Assembly: GCF_036279655.1 (NCBI RefSeq)
Contig: NZ_DASUIT010000115.1
Span: 10,214-74,213 of the forward strand
DNA from: Aquabacterium sp.
GTDB lineage: Bacteria > Pseudomonadota > Gammaproteobacteria > Burkholderiales > Burkholderiaceae_C
Length of the DNA: 64,000 nucleotides
Direction: 5' to 3'
The notes under the pieces were generated by a model, which did not search any database, had not been told where the DNA came from, and saw only the letters and a program-made list of their open reading frames with translations. The translations under genes and the position numbers were made by a program. Shown one piece after another: positions 32,501-46,306 of the stretch. Positions within the stretch are counted from its first letter, which is position 1. Every line of letters begins with the position of its first letter.

Positions 32501-33112
32501 TCACTTCTTGGCGGGGGCCGCAGGCTTGGCACCAGCGGCTGGCTTTTGCTGCTGAGCAGCCTGGCTCAGCTTGCCGCCACTGGCGGTGTCCAGGATCTTG
32601 CGCACGCTTTCTTGCAGCGCGTTCAGCTTGGGGTCGACCTGCGGGCGGGCATCGGCGGAGATCTTCTCCAGCAGCGACTTCTGCATCTCGGGCAGCAGGC
32701 CCTGGTAGCGCTTGATGATGGGCGACTCGAGCATGGTGACGAGCTGCTTGAGCTCGTCCTCGGTGAACTTGTCTTCCAGGATCGGGGCGACGGCGGAGAC
32801 CGCCACCTTGCTGGCGCTGGCCTTCACGATGGGTGTGGCGGAGTCGACGTACTTGGTCAGCTCGGCATTGATCTGCTTGGCGGCAGCCTCGCGCTTTTCG
32901 GGCGGCACGGCCTGCACCATGATGTTCTGCGCCTGGCCCATCAACTGGCGGGCCGGCTGCTGGGTCATGTCGGTGGCCAGGCCTTCCAGTTCAGCCTTTT
33001 GCAGGCTGGGCAGGCGCTGGATCTGCTCGCGCTTGTCGGCGTGGGCGCTCAGGGAGGCCACGGCCAGGGTCGAGGCCACCAGGGTGGTCCACAGAGTCGT
33101 CTTCAGCTTCAT
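32501..33112 (-). CDS. DUF2059-like exported protein
   Basis: Signal peptide ending AHA; FTEDELKQL...SP motif; between gyrA and serC. Confidence 0.7.
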   Translation of the reverse strand: MKLKTTLWTTLVASTLAVASLSAHADKREQIQRLPSLQKAELEGLATDMTQQPARQLMGQAQNIMVQAVPPEKREAAAKQINAELTKYVDSATPIVKASASKVAVSAVAPILEDKFTEDELKQLVTMLESPIIKRYQGLLPEMQKSLLEKISADARPQVDPKLNALQESVRKILDTASGGKLSQAAQQQKPAAGAKPAAPAKK

Positions 33113-33189
33113 GAATCGTTCCTTGCTCTCGCCCGCTCGGGCGTTGAAAGAGGCGCGTCGGCGACGCGTCTGGTCCTTGGTGTCGGTTT

Positions 33190-35841
<2,652 letters not shown>

Positions 35842-36101
35842 GCTTTATTTCGAGGTGCGCGGGGGCAGCCTGAGATTGTAAGTCCCCTGCAGAGGGGGGC
35901 TTTTCCGGGCATGCCGGGGGCGGTATGTCTCCTGGGTGCAACAACATTGTTACAAATGGACAGCAATGGATGCCGACTGTGTTCAGCCCTGGGAGTCTGA
36001 GAGTTGGTATGGCAGAATGGGCGACGCGTAGACCTTTGGGGTAAACCCTGCACCCTTGGGCTTGTTGCAGCTTTGGCTGCGTCTTCAACGTGAGGATTCA
36101 C

Positions 36102-36746
36102 ATGAAAAAACTGAATAAAGTTGCCGCCCTGTTCGCCGTTGCTGCCCTGTCGGCTGGCGTGGCCCAAGCCCAAGCCATCGACAACTGGCGTGCCACCGAC
36201 GGTACCGTCTGGAAGAACGGTACCAACGAACTGTGCTGGCGCGATCAGTTCTGGACACCTGCCACTGGCGTTCAAGGTTGCGACGGCGTGCCTGCTCCCG
36301 CCCCCGCTCCTGCCCCGGCTCCTGTGGCTGCCCCGGCTCCTGCCCCGGCTCCCGCTCCCGCCCCGGCACCTGTGCCCGCCGCTCCCCAGACCGAAAAGGT
36401 GAGCTTCGCTGCTGACGCCTTCTTCGACTTCGACAAGGCTGACCTGAAGCCTGAAGGCAAGGCCAAGCTCGACGATCTGTCCGAGAAGGTCAAGGGCCTG
36501 AACCTGGAAGTCATCATCGCCGTGGGTCACACCGACTCGCGCGGTTCCGACGAGTACAACCAGAAGCTGTCGGTCAAGCGCTCCGAAGCCGTCAAGTCCT
36601 ACCTGACCGGCAAGGGCATCGAAGCCAGCCGCGTGTACACCGAAGGCAAGGGCGAAGCCCAGCCCGTCGCTGACAACAAGTCTGACGAAGGCCGCGCCAA
36701 GAACCGCCGCGTGGAAATCGAAGTGGTCGGCACCCGCAACAAGTGA
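36102..36746 (+). CDS. ompA: OmpA-family peptidoglycan-binding protein
   Basis: Signal peptide, NW...LCWRD..WTPA, Ala-Pro linker, GHTDS..SDEYNQKLS, NRRVEIEV. Confidence 0.93.
   Translation: MKKLNKVAALFAVAALSAGVAQAQAIDNWRATDGTVWKNGTNELCWRDQFWTPATGVQGCDGVPAPAPAPAPAPVAAPAPAPAPAPAPAPVPAAPQTEKVSFAADAFFDFDKADLKPEGKAKLDDLSEKVKGLNLEVIIAVGHTDSRGSDEYNQKLSVKRSEAVKSYLTGKGIEASRVYTEGKGEAQPVADNKSDEGRAKNRRVEIEVVGTRNK
36291..36386 (+). repeat. Short tandem repeats encoding the (Ala-Pro)n linker
   Basis: Recurrent GCTCCTGCCCCG / GCTCCC units. Confidence 0.85.
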
Positions 36747-36792
36747 TGCGCTGACCCCATGTGGCAGGGCCCCAAGGGCCCGCTGCTCTGAG

Positions 36793-36817
36793 ACCCCGCC
36801 TTCGAGCGGGGTTTTTT
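36793..36817 (+). terminator. Intrinsic terminator of ompA
   Basis: ACCCCGC-cttcga-GCGGGGT followed by a T run. Confidence 0.85.
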
Positions 36818-36871
36818 ACGTCTGTGCCCTGTGCTTGTGCGCTCGGATCGAGGTGGGTAGCATCAAGCTCC

Positions 36872-37738
36872 ATGCGCGCCGAGTCCTCTCCTTGGTCATC
36901 AGATCCCGCCTCTGCCCTGTCTCGTCGGGCGGCGGTGGCGCTGATGTTCGCCGCAGCATTGGCCGGCGTGGCGGGCCTGATGGCCTGGGGGCCCGTGGTC
37001 TTGAGGCCCCAGATGCATCAGTTTGCCGACACGCGTGTGTGGTGGGGTGTGCCATCGGGCGTCAATGTCTGGTCGCATCTGCCCTTGCTGCCGCTGGGCC
37101 TGTGGGGCTTGTGGCGGGTGACCCGGTTGCCCGCGTCCGAGCCCTTGCGTCTGGTGTGGGCCTGCTTCTTCGTGAGCCAGATGCTGGCCACGGTGGGAGG
37201 CATGGCCTATCACTGGCATCCCGGTGACCTGACATTCATCTGGGATCAGGTGCCGCGCTCGGCCGCATGCGCCCTGTTTGCCACGGCCTTCGTGGCCGAG
37301 CGGGTGGATGCCCGTCTGGGGCGGGTTCAAGGGGTGGGGCTGGCCCTGGTGGCCGTGGCACTGGCCATGCTGTGGTGGTGGGTCACGCGCCTGACCGGCG
37401 GCGCGGGGGACCTGCGTCCCTTGATCTGGCTGGAGTTCAGCCCGATCGGGTTGTTGGCGGCCGGGGCCTGGACCCTTCGGGGGCACTTGCTCTCTCGCCT
37501 GGATTGGCAACGCTCCGTATTGAGCTTTGCTGTGGCGCAGACGGTGGACTGGGCGGACCGGCCCATCTACGACTGGAGCGGGCAGTCCGTGAGTGGTCAC
37601 GCCTTGCGCCATCTGGCGCTGGCGGCCTGTGTCGGCTGGGTGGCCTGGCGTCTGGGGCGTTCGGCCTATCCAGTCGCCAGGCCGGCACGCGATCAGGCGA
37701 GCACGACGTCCTTGCCGGACAGCCGCTTGGCCAGTTGA
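36872..37738 (+). CDS. Multi-pass membrane hydrolase, alkaline-ceramidase-like (CREST-type)
   Basis: HQFADTR..WGVP...NVWSHLP, AYHWHP....IWDQVP, SGHALRH; about seven transmembrane segments. Start uncertain. Confidence 0.65.
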   Translation: MRAESSPWSSDPASALSRRAAVALMFAAALAGVAGLMAWGPVVLRPQMHQFADTRVWWGVPSGVNVWSHLPLLPLGLWGLWRVTRLPASEPLRLVWACFFVSQMLATVGGMAYHWHPGDLTFIWDQVPRSAACALFATAFVAERVDARLGRVQGVGLALVAVALAMLWWWVTRLTGGAGDLRPLIWLEFSPIGLLAAGAWTLRGHLLSRLDWQRSVLSFAVAQTVDWADRPIYDWSGQSVSGHALRHLALAACVGWVAWRLGRSAYPVARPARDQASTTSLPDSRLAS

Positions 37739-39306
37739 GTGGCCAGCCGGTTGGTGATGCCGTAAATCGACAGTTGCGGGTTGGCGCCGATGCTGGTGGG
37801 GAAGATCGAGCCGTCGTGAACCGACAGGTTCTCGATCTGCCAGTGCACGCCGTCCGGACGCACAACCCCTTGCTTTTCAGTGCCGCCCATCTGGCAGCCA
37901 CCCATGACGTGGGCGCTGCCCGCGCCGGTGAGGAAGGGCCTCATGTCCAGCTTGGCGATCTCGGTCTTGGCCTCGGCCCAGGAGGTGTAGTAGCGGGCCT
38001 GCTGGTGATAGGGCATGACCTTGTCGGCGCCGGCGGCGAACTGGATCTCGGCCATGGCCAGGAAGGAGCGGCGGAAGCCATCCAGAACGTACGGCGTGAG
38101 CGTGTAGTTCAGCAGAGGGGAGCCATCCATGTTGAGCATCACGCTGCCGCCCTTTGATTCAGGGTGGAAGCCGTCACGCATCAGCGAGAGCAGCAACTGG
38201 GTGTTCGGGTAGTTCTTGAAGCGTTCAGCCAGCTCCTGACCAATGCCCCCCAGCAGCACCGAGGTCAGGCCGGGGTGCATGGGCGTGGCTTCGATCTTGA
38301 AGCCGATGGGGCCGTCGACCGGGCCGGTGTGCAGGAAATGGTCGGAGTAGATGCTCTGGGGGGCGCCCATCCAGGCTTCGATTTTCTGGGGGTAGACCCC
38401 GGAAGTGAAGGACACCGGGTGCAGGAAGGTCCGCTTACCCAGCAGGTCGTGGGGATCCGGGGCCTTGGAGCGCTTGAGCAGGGCGGGCGAGTTGATGGCG
38501 CCGCCGGAGACGACATAGTGCTTGGCCGTGATGCGGGTGACCTTGTCGTTGACGCGATCGCCATTGATGCGGATGGCCACGCAGTTCAGCGATTGCACCT
38601 TGCCATCGCGGATGTCGAAGGACTCGGCACGGGTCTGGTGGTACAGGCGCGCGCCAGCCGTCAGTGCCGTCGGGATCGTGGTGATCAGCATCGACTGCTT
38701 GGCATTGGTGGGGCAGCCCATCCCGCAGGAGCCCGTGTTCCAGCAGCCCTTGACGTTGCGAGGAATGGTGTGCGCGGAGATGCCCAGCTTGGTTGCGCCA
38801 GTGCGCAGCAGTTCATTGTTCGCGTTGGGGGCAGCCTCCCAGGGGGCGACACCCAGGCGGCGCTCGGCCTGCTCGAAGGAGCCTGACAGGTTCTCGGTGG
38901 TGAAGTCCTTGAGACCGAACTGGTCCTGCCAGAACTTCAGGGTGTCCGGCGGTGTGCGGAAGGAGCTGGTCCAGTTGATGACCGTGGTGCCACCCACGCA
39001 GCGCCCTTGCAAGATGGTCACCGTGTTGTCAATGTTGGCGCGAGTCGCACTCTCCTGGTAGAGCGTGGTGTAGGCCTCGGTTTCCTTCTGGTTGAAGTCG
39101 GTGCTCGTCTTGAGCGGGCCTTCTTCCAGCAGGATCACGTCCAGGCCGGCGCGAGTCAGGATTTCGGCGGTGATGCCGGCGCCGGCGCCCGTGCCCACGA
39201 TGAGAACATCGCAGCTCAGTTGTTCGGGCAGGCCCTGCTCGCCATTGAAGACCTTCCAGTTGTGTTTCTGCTGGCCATCACGGAATACATCGGGGAGTTT
39301 GCTCAT
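37693..39306 (-). CDS. GMC oxidoreductase, long-chain alcohol oxidase type (LaoA-like)
   Basis: IVGTGAGAG, GRCVGGTTVIN, CWNTGSCGMGCP, AHVMGGC, DGSIFPTSIGANP; no signal peptide. Confidence 0.85.
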   Translation of the reverse strand: MSKLPDVFRDGQQKHNWKVFNGEQGLPEQLSCDVLIVGTGAGAGITAEILTRAGLDVILLEEGPLKTSTDFNQKETEAYTTLYQESATRANIDNTVTILQGRCVGGTTVINWTSSFRTPPDTLKFWQDQFGLKDFTTENLSGSFEQAERRLGVAPWEAAPNANNELLRTGATKLGISAHTIPRNVKGCWNTGSCGMGCPTNAKQSMLITTIPTALTAGARLYHQTRAESFDIRDGKVQSLNCVAIRINGDRVNDKVTRITAKHYVVSGGAINSPALLKRSKAPDPHDLLGKRTFLHPVSFTSGVYPQKIEAWMGAPQSIYSDHFLHTGPVDGPIGFKIEATPMHPGLTSVLLGGIGQELAERFKNYPNTQLLLSLMRDGFHPESKGGSVMLNMDGSPLLNYTLTPYVLDGFRRSFLAMAEIQFAAGADKVMPYHQQARYYTSWAEAKTEIAKLDMRPFLTGAGSAHVMGGCQMGGTEKQGVVRPDGVHWQIENLSVHDGSIFPTSIGANPQLSIYGITNRLATQLAKRLSGKDVVLA

Positions 39307-39836
39307 ATCGTCATCGGTCCAGGGTAGCCAGTCAGAGACCAGTTGTCGGGAATGGAGAAAAAGCCCATGCAGGTGATGGCCCGCGTGGCAACGTAAGTCG
39401 CGTTTTGGGCCATGCCGCTGGATTCGCGCAATTGCACCAGCAGAGCTCGGACTTCGTCATCGGTGGCTTCGTCCCATGAGGCCCAACGGGCCGTGATCAG
39501 ATAGCGGGTCGGTGCATTGGCCAGTGCGCCCGCCAGCAGACTGATCTGGTCGCGCTTGGCGGAGGGCATGGTGTTGATCAGTTTTTCCAGCTCGACCACG
39601 TAGCGGTCGAGTATGGCCTGGCGCTCGGCCGGGGCGGCGGGCAGCATGGGGCCCACGATGCCTCGGGCCAGGGCCCGGAAGACCGACTTGCCGTCCTGGG
39701 TCAGGTGTTGCTTGTCAAAGCCACGACGCCACCAGACACCACCGCCGATCGCACCGCCGACGGCCGCCAGGGCCAGGGCGGACTTGAGCAGCCAGCGTCG
39801 CTTGGGGGAGGCGGGGGAATTGGGTCCTGCACTCAT
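39303..39836 (-). CDS. Small Tat-signal partner subunit of the GMC enzyme (LaoB-like)
   Basis: KRRWLL twin-arginine motif, hydrophobic h-region, GYPGP C-terminus; ATGA coupling to the GMC gene. Confidence 0.7.
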   Translation of the reverse strand: MSAGPNSPASPKRRWLLKSALALAAVGGAIGGGVWWRRGFDKQHLTQDGKSVFRALARGIVGPMLPAAPAERQAILDRYVVELEKLINTMPSAKRDQISLLAGALANAPTRYLITARWASWDEATDDEVRALLVQLRESSGMAQNATYVATRAITCMGFFSIPDNWSLTGYPGPMTI

Positions 39837-40000
39837 GCGAGATCATCCTTCTAGCGGGCGTGTGCCCGACCTTGTCGGCGGATGATAAATGGAAACGCGG
39901 TGTGCCAGATGGCGTGCATCCTCCGTAACTACCCGCTCTTGTGTTGCGAAACGCCGTGAAATTCGGTCGCGAAATGTTGCAGAATCCCTGTAAGCGTTGG

Positions 40001-40033
40001 GCGCCCAGAGAGCGGGCGCTTTTTTCTGTTTTT
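40001..40033 (+). terminator. Terminator-like hairpin just upstream of fadD
   Basis: GCGCCC-agagagc-GGGCGC-TTTTTTCTGTTTTT ending about 20 nt before the ATG. Confidence 0.5.
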
Positions 40034-40052
40034 GACTGAGAGGAAGACACAC

Positions 40053-41756
40053 ATGGCAAGTGCGAAGCCCTGGCTGGCCCATTACCAACCCGGCGTGCCC
40101 CACGAGATCGATGCCTCGATCTACACCTCGCTGGCCGACCTGCTGGAGCAATCCTTCAAGCAGTACGCCAGTCGTGATGCGGCATCCTTCATGGGCGCTC
40201 GTCTGACCTTCGCTCAGATCGACGAGATGTCCAAGGCCATGGGGGCATGGTTGCAGTCCAGGGGCTTGTCCAAAGGCGCCCGCGTGGCCCTGATGATGCC
40301 CAATGTGCCTCAGTACATGGTGGCCATCGCCGCCGTGCTGCGCGCCGGTTATGTGGTGGTCAACGTCAACCCGCTCTACACCCCGCGCGAGCTGGAGCAT
40401 CAGCTCAAGGATTCCGGCGCCGAAGCCATCGTGGTGCTCGAGAACTTCGCCGTGACCTTGCAGCATGTGATCGAGCGCACCTCGGTCAAGCATGTGGTGG
40501 TGGCCTCGATGGGGGATCTGCTGCCCTGGGCCAAGGGTCGTCTGGTCAACTTCGTGGTGCGCCATGTCAAGAAGATGGTGCCGGCCTTCACGCTGCCCAA
40601 CAGCGGTGGCCGCCAGACCACGACCTTCTCGGCAGCGCTGTCGCAAGGGCGTGGCATGAGCCTCAAGCCTGTCTCGCTCAAGCCTGACGACATCGCCTTC
40701 CTGCAGTACACCGGCGGCACCACGGGCCTGTCCAAGGGCGCCACCTTGCTGCACCGCAACGTGATCGCCAACATCCTGCAATGCGAGGCCTGGTTCAAGC
40801 CTTCGCGTGATGCCCATGGCGACGAGCAGCAGGTGGTGGTGTGTGCATTGCCGCTCTATCACATCTTCGCTCTGACGGTCTGCTACATGCTGGGCGCCCG
40901 CATGGGCAGCCTCAACATCCTGATCGCCAACCCGCGTGACATCCCGGGCTTCATCAAGGCCCTGGAAGGCTTCAAGGTCTCCGAGTTTCCCGCCGTCAAC
41001 ACGCTCTACAACGGCCTGGTCAATCACCCTGATTTCGCCAAGCTGGACTTCTCTCACCTGAAGGTGTCCAACGGGGGCGGCATGGCGGTGCAGCAGGCCA
41101 CGGCCGAGAAGTGGAAGAAGGTCACCGGTTGTCCCATCGTGGAAGGCTATGGCCTGTCCGAGACCTCGCCCGTGGCGACCATCAACCGCCTGGACATCGA
41201 AGAGTTCAGCGGCACCATCGGTCTGCCCATTCCCTCGACCGAGATCGCCATCCTGGACGAGGCGGGCAACGATGTGCCCATGGGCGAGCCTGGCGAAATC
41301 GCCATCCGGGGTCCTCAGGTGATGGCCGGTTACTGGAACCGTCCGGAAGAAACGGCCCAGGTCATGACGGCCGATGGCTTCTTCCGCACGGGGGACATCG
41401 GCGTGATGGATGAAAAGGGCCAGGTCAAGATCGTGGACCGCAAGAAGGACATGATCCTGGTGTCGGGCTTCAACGTCTACCCGACCGAGGTCGAGCAGGT
41501 GGTGAGCATGCACCCCGGCGTGCTGGAGTGCGCCGCCGTGGGTGTGCCCGATGGCCGCACCGGCGAGGCGGTCAAGCTCTTCGTGGTCAAGAAGGACGCC
41601 ACCCTGACCGAAGAGGAGCTGCTGCGCTACTGCCACGAACAACTCACCGCCTACAAGTGCCCCAAGCACATCGACTTCCGTGATGATCTGCCCAAGACCA
41701 ATGTGGGCAAGATCCTGCGTCGCGAACTGCGCGACGAGAACAAGAAGTCGGCCTGA
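40053..41756 (+). CDS. fadD: Long-chain fatty acid-CoA ligase
   Basis: LQYTGGTTGLSKG, GYGLSETSP, GFFRTGD, DRKKDMILVSGFNVYP, PKTNVGKILRR. Confidence 0.93.
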   Translation: MASAKPWLAHYQPGVPHEIDASIYTSLADLLEQSFKQYASRDAASFMGARLTFAQIDEMSKAMGAWLQSRGLSKGARVALMMPNVPQYMVAIAAVLRAGYVVVNVNPLYTPRELEHQLKDSGAEAIVVLENFAVTLQHVIERTSVKHVVVASMGDLLPWAKGRLVNFVVRHVKKMVPAFTLPNSGGRQTTTFSAALSQGRGMSLKPVSLKPDDIAFLQYTGGTTGLSKGATLLHRNVIANILQCEAWFKPSRDAHGDEQQVVVCALPLYHIFALTVCYMLGARMGSLNILIANPRDIPGFIKALEGFKVSEFPAVNTLYNGLVNHPDFAKLDFSHLKVSNGGGMAVQQATAEKWKKVTGCPIVEGYGLSETSPVATINRLDIEEFSGTIGLPIPSTEIAILDEAGNDVPMGEPGEIAIRGPQVMAGYWNRPEETAQVMTADGFFRTGDIGVMDEKGQVKIVDRKKDMILVSGFNVYPTEVEQVVSMHPGVLECAAVGVPDGRTGEAVKLFVVKKDATLTEEELLRYCHEQLTAYKCPKHIDFRDDLPKTNVGKILRRELRDENKKSA

Positions 41757-41762
41757 GGTGCC

Positions 41763-43457
<1,695 letters not shown>

Positions 43458-43515
43458 CTACCTTGCGGAAACTACGCAGTGCCCCCTGCCTGCGGGGTGG
43501 GGCAAGTCCGGGGGC

Positions 43516-44703
43516 TCAGTCGTTCAGGAACAGGGCCTGCAGGTCGCTGAGAAAGTCCAGGCCGCGGGCGGTGGGCCACACGCGGTGGAGGTCGCGCTCG
43601 ATCAGTCCTTTGGCTTCGGCCTCGGCCAGCGGCTGGGCGATGGCGGTCACGCTCAGGCCCGTGCGTTCGGCAAAGCGGTTGAGCTCGAAGCCATCCTTGA
43701 GGCGCAGGGCATTGAGCATGTACTCGAAGGCGCGTGCTTTCAGGGGGACCTCGTTCTCGTTGGAGCAGGCCTGGCCTTGTTCCGCCTTGTCCATGTAGGT
43801 GGCCGGCTCACGCCAGCGCACGGTGCGCACGATGCGATCGGGGAAGCTGATCTTGCCGTGTGCGCCCGCGCCAATGCCCAGGTAGTCGCCGAACTGCCAG
43901 TAGTTCAGGTTGTGCAGGCACTGGTGACCCGGGCGCGCGTAGGCCGACACCTCATAGCGCGTCAGTCCCGCCAGGGCCGTGGCTTCGGCCAGATGGTCGA
44001 GCATGTCGAAGGCGGTGTCCTCGTCAGGCAGATCCCTGGGGGGCTGGACGGCAAAGCGCGTGTTGGGCTCGACGGTCAGGTGGTAGAGCGAGAGGTGCGG
44101 AGGCTGGAAGGCCAGGGCCTGTTGCAAGTCGGACTGCAGATCGGCCAGGCTCTGGCCGGGCAGGGCGTACATCAGGTCGATGTTGAAGGTCTCGAAGGCA
44201 CGGCGCGCCTCGTCGATCGCGGCCCGGGCCTGGTCGCTGTTGTGCACGCGCCCCAGGGCCTTGAGCTTGGCATCATCAAAGCTCTGCACGCCGATTGACA
44301 GCCGGGTGACGCCTGCGTCGCGAAAGCCCTTGAAGCGGTCGGTCTCGAAGGTGCCGGGGTTGGCTTCCAGCGTGATCTCGCAGCCCGCCTCCAGGGGCAG
44401 GCGGGCACGGATGTCACCCAGCAGTCTGTCGATGCTGGCGGGCGAGAACAGGCTGGGGGTGCCCCCGCCGATGAAGACGGTGTGCACACGGCGGCCCCAG
44501 ACTTGCGGCAGGCAGGCTTCGAGGTCCCGCAGCAGGGCTTCGATGTAGCGTGTCTCGGGCAGCGCGACCTGGCCCTGGGCATCACGGAACTCGTGGGAGT
44601 TGAAGTCGCAGTAGGGGCACTTCTGAAGGCACCAGGGCAGGTGCACGTACAGCGACAGGGGGGGCAGGGCACTCAGATGGCCGGGCTTGTGCAAGGGGAT
44701 CAA
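43516..44703 (-). CDS. hemW: Radical SAM heme chaperone HemW
   Basis: LYVHLPWCLQKCPYCDFNS, GGGTPS, EANP, YEVSAY. TTG start overlaps the rdgB stop; the track's upstream extension lies inside rdgB. Confidence 0.93.
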   Translation of the reverse strand: MIPLHKPGHLSALPPLSLYVHLPWCLQKCPYCDFNSHEFRDAQGQVALPETRYIEALLRDLEACLPQVWGRRVHTVFIGGGTPSLFSPASIDRLLGDIRARLPLEAGCEITLEANPGTFETDRFKGFRDAGVTRLSIGVQSFDDAKLKALGRVHNSDQARAAIDEARRAFETFNIDLMYALPGQSLADLQSDLQQALAFQPPHLSLYHLTVEPNTRFAVQPPRDLPDEDTAFDMLDHLAEATALAGLTRYEVSAYARPGHQCLHNLNYWQFGDYLGIGAGAHGKISFPDRIVRTVRWREPATYMDKAEQGQACSNENEVPLKARAFEYMLNALRLKDGFELNRFAERTGLSVTAIAQPLAEAEAKGLIERDLHRVWPTARGLDFLSDLQALFLND

Positions 44704-45329
44704 GCGTGCAGCCCCCAGTGCAGGGCCATCAACTCGCGCATGCGGCGGCAGGCGATGGCACGGTGGCTGATGGCGTTCTTCTGCTCGGCATTCATCTCGG
44801 CGGCCGAGCAGCCATGGTCGGGCAGCCACAGCAGGGGGTCGTAGCCGAATCCTTCGTGGCCTTGCTGGGCCTCCAGCAAGGTGCCGGCCCAGTGGCCTTC
44901 GGCGATCAGGGGCTCGGGGTCCTCGGCGTGGCGCACGGCCACCAGCAGGCAGGTGAAGTGCGCATGGCGATCGTTCTTGCCATGCATGGTCTCGATCAGC
45001 AGGGCGTTGTTGGCCGTGTCGGCCACTTCGCGAGGCACGCCTTCGGGGTGGCGGCCGGCGTCCAGGGCATAGCGGGCCGAACGCACGCCGGGCAAGCCGC
45101 CCAGGGCGCGCACGCACAAGCCCGAGTCATCGGCGATGGCGGGGCCTTGCCCGGCCTGCGCCGCATGACGGGCCTTGGCCAGCGCGTTCTCGACAAAGGT
45201 GATGTGGGGCTCTTCGGCCTCCGGGATGCCCAGGGCACCCTGGTTGATCAGGTTCAGTCCCAGGGGGCCGAGCAAGGCTTGCAGTTCACGCAGCTTCTTG
45301 GGGTTGTTGGAGGCGAGGATCAGGCGCAT
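44700..45329 (-). CDS. rdgB: Non-canonical purine NTP pyrophosphatase RdgB
   Basis: ASNNPKKLRE, TFVENALAKA, ADDSGL, GFGYDP, KNAISHR. Confidence 0.95.
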   Translation of the reverse strand: MRLILASNNPKKLRELQALLGPLGLNLINQGALGIPEAEEPHITFVENALAKARHAAQAGQGPAIADDSGLCVRALGGLPGVRSARYALDAGRHPEGVPREVADTANNALLIETMHGKNDRHAHFTCLLVAVRHAEDPEPLIAEGHWAGTLLEAQQGHEGFGYDPLLWLPDHGCSAAEMNAEQKNAISHRAIACRRMRELMALHWGLHA

Positions 45330-45370
45330 GAGGGTCACTCCTTGGCGACCACGGCCCAGGTCAGGCGAGG

Positions 45371-46306
45371 TCAGGGTTTCTTGCCGGAGGCCTGGGACGA
45401 GCGCCGGATGGCTTCGTTGATCTCGCGGATGGAGCGCTCGATCTCGGCCTCGTCCAGGTCTTCGGGATCGACATTGTCGCCTGGGCCGGCGCCGCCCATG
45501 CTGGCCTGGATGGTCGAGGCAAAGACTTCGTCACCCAGGCTGTCGGTGGTGACGCTGGAGGGCTCTTCATTGCTGGCCGATTCCCACTCGACGGCCAGCA
45601 CGGTGACGTTGTCACACTTGGGACCTCCCAGGCGCAGGGCTTCTTCGACCAGCTCAGGCACGGCATCGGCAATGGTGCGCGTGGCCAGGTGCTGGGTGAT
45701 GACCTCGTCGGAGACGGTGCCCCACAGGCCGTCGGAGCACAGCATCAGGCGGTCGCCCTCCTGCAGCAGCAGGGGGCCGGCGGTGTCGACCACCGGCTTG
45801 CCGGGGCTGCCCAGGCAGGTGAAGAGCACGTTGCGGTTGTAGCGCTCGACCAGGGGCACGACGGTGGACAGCGATTCCTGCAGTTCGGAGTAGGAGTGGT
45901 CGCGCGTGCGGGCGATGAGTTTGTCGCCACGCACCAGGTACAGGCGTGAATCACCACAATGAGCCCAGTAGGCCGTGTTGCCCTGCAGGATGCAGGCCAC
46001 GATGGTGGTGCGCGGGGTGTCCATCAGGCCTTTTTCGCTGGCGTAGCGCAGCAGTTGATGGTGGCCGGCCATGATGGCGTCCTGCAGGAAGCGGACCGGG
46101 TCGGCCAGACCAGGGCGGGCGTCCCGCTGGAACAGGGCCGCAATGGTCTGCAGGGACAACTGGGACGCGACTTCGCCCTCGGGGTGACCGCCCATGCCAT
46201 CGGCCAGGGCGAACAGGCCCGACTCCCGCGTGTAGCAGTAGCCCATGCGGTCTTCGTTCTTTTCGCGGCCGCCTTTGCGGCTGACCTGGTATACCGAGAA
46301 CCTCAT
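45371..46306 (-). CDS. PP2C-family Ser/Thr protein phosphatase
   Basis: GGREKNEDR, LADGMGGH, HCGDSR, LCSDGLW, DNVT; acidic C-terminal tail. Confidence 0.92.
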   Translation of the reverse strand: MRFSVYQVSRKGGREKNEDRMGYCYTRESGLFALADGMGGHPEGEVASQLSLQTIAALFQRDARPGLADPVRFLQDAIMAGHHQLLRYASEKGLMDTPRTTIVACILQGNTAYWAHCGDSRLYLVRGDKLIARTRDHSYSELQESLSTVVPLVERYNRNVLFTCLGSPGKPVVDTAGPLLLQEGDRLMLCSDGLWGTVSDEVITQHLATRTIADAVPELVEEALRLGGPKCDNVTVLAVEWESASNEEPSSVTTDSLGDEVFASTIQASMGGAGPGDNVDPEDLDEAEIERSIREINEAIRRSSQASGKKP

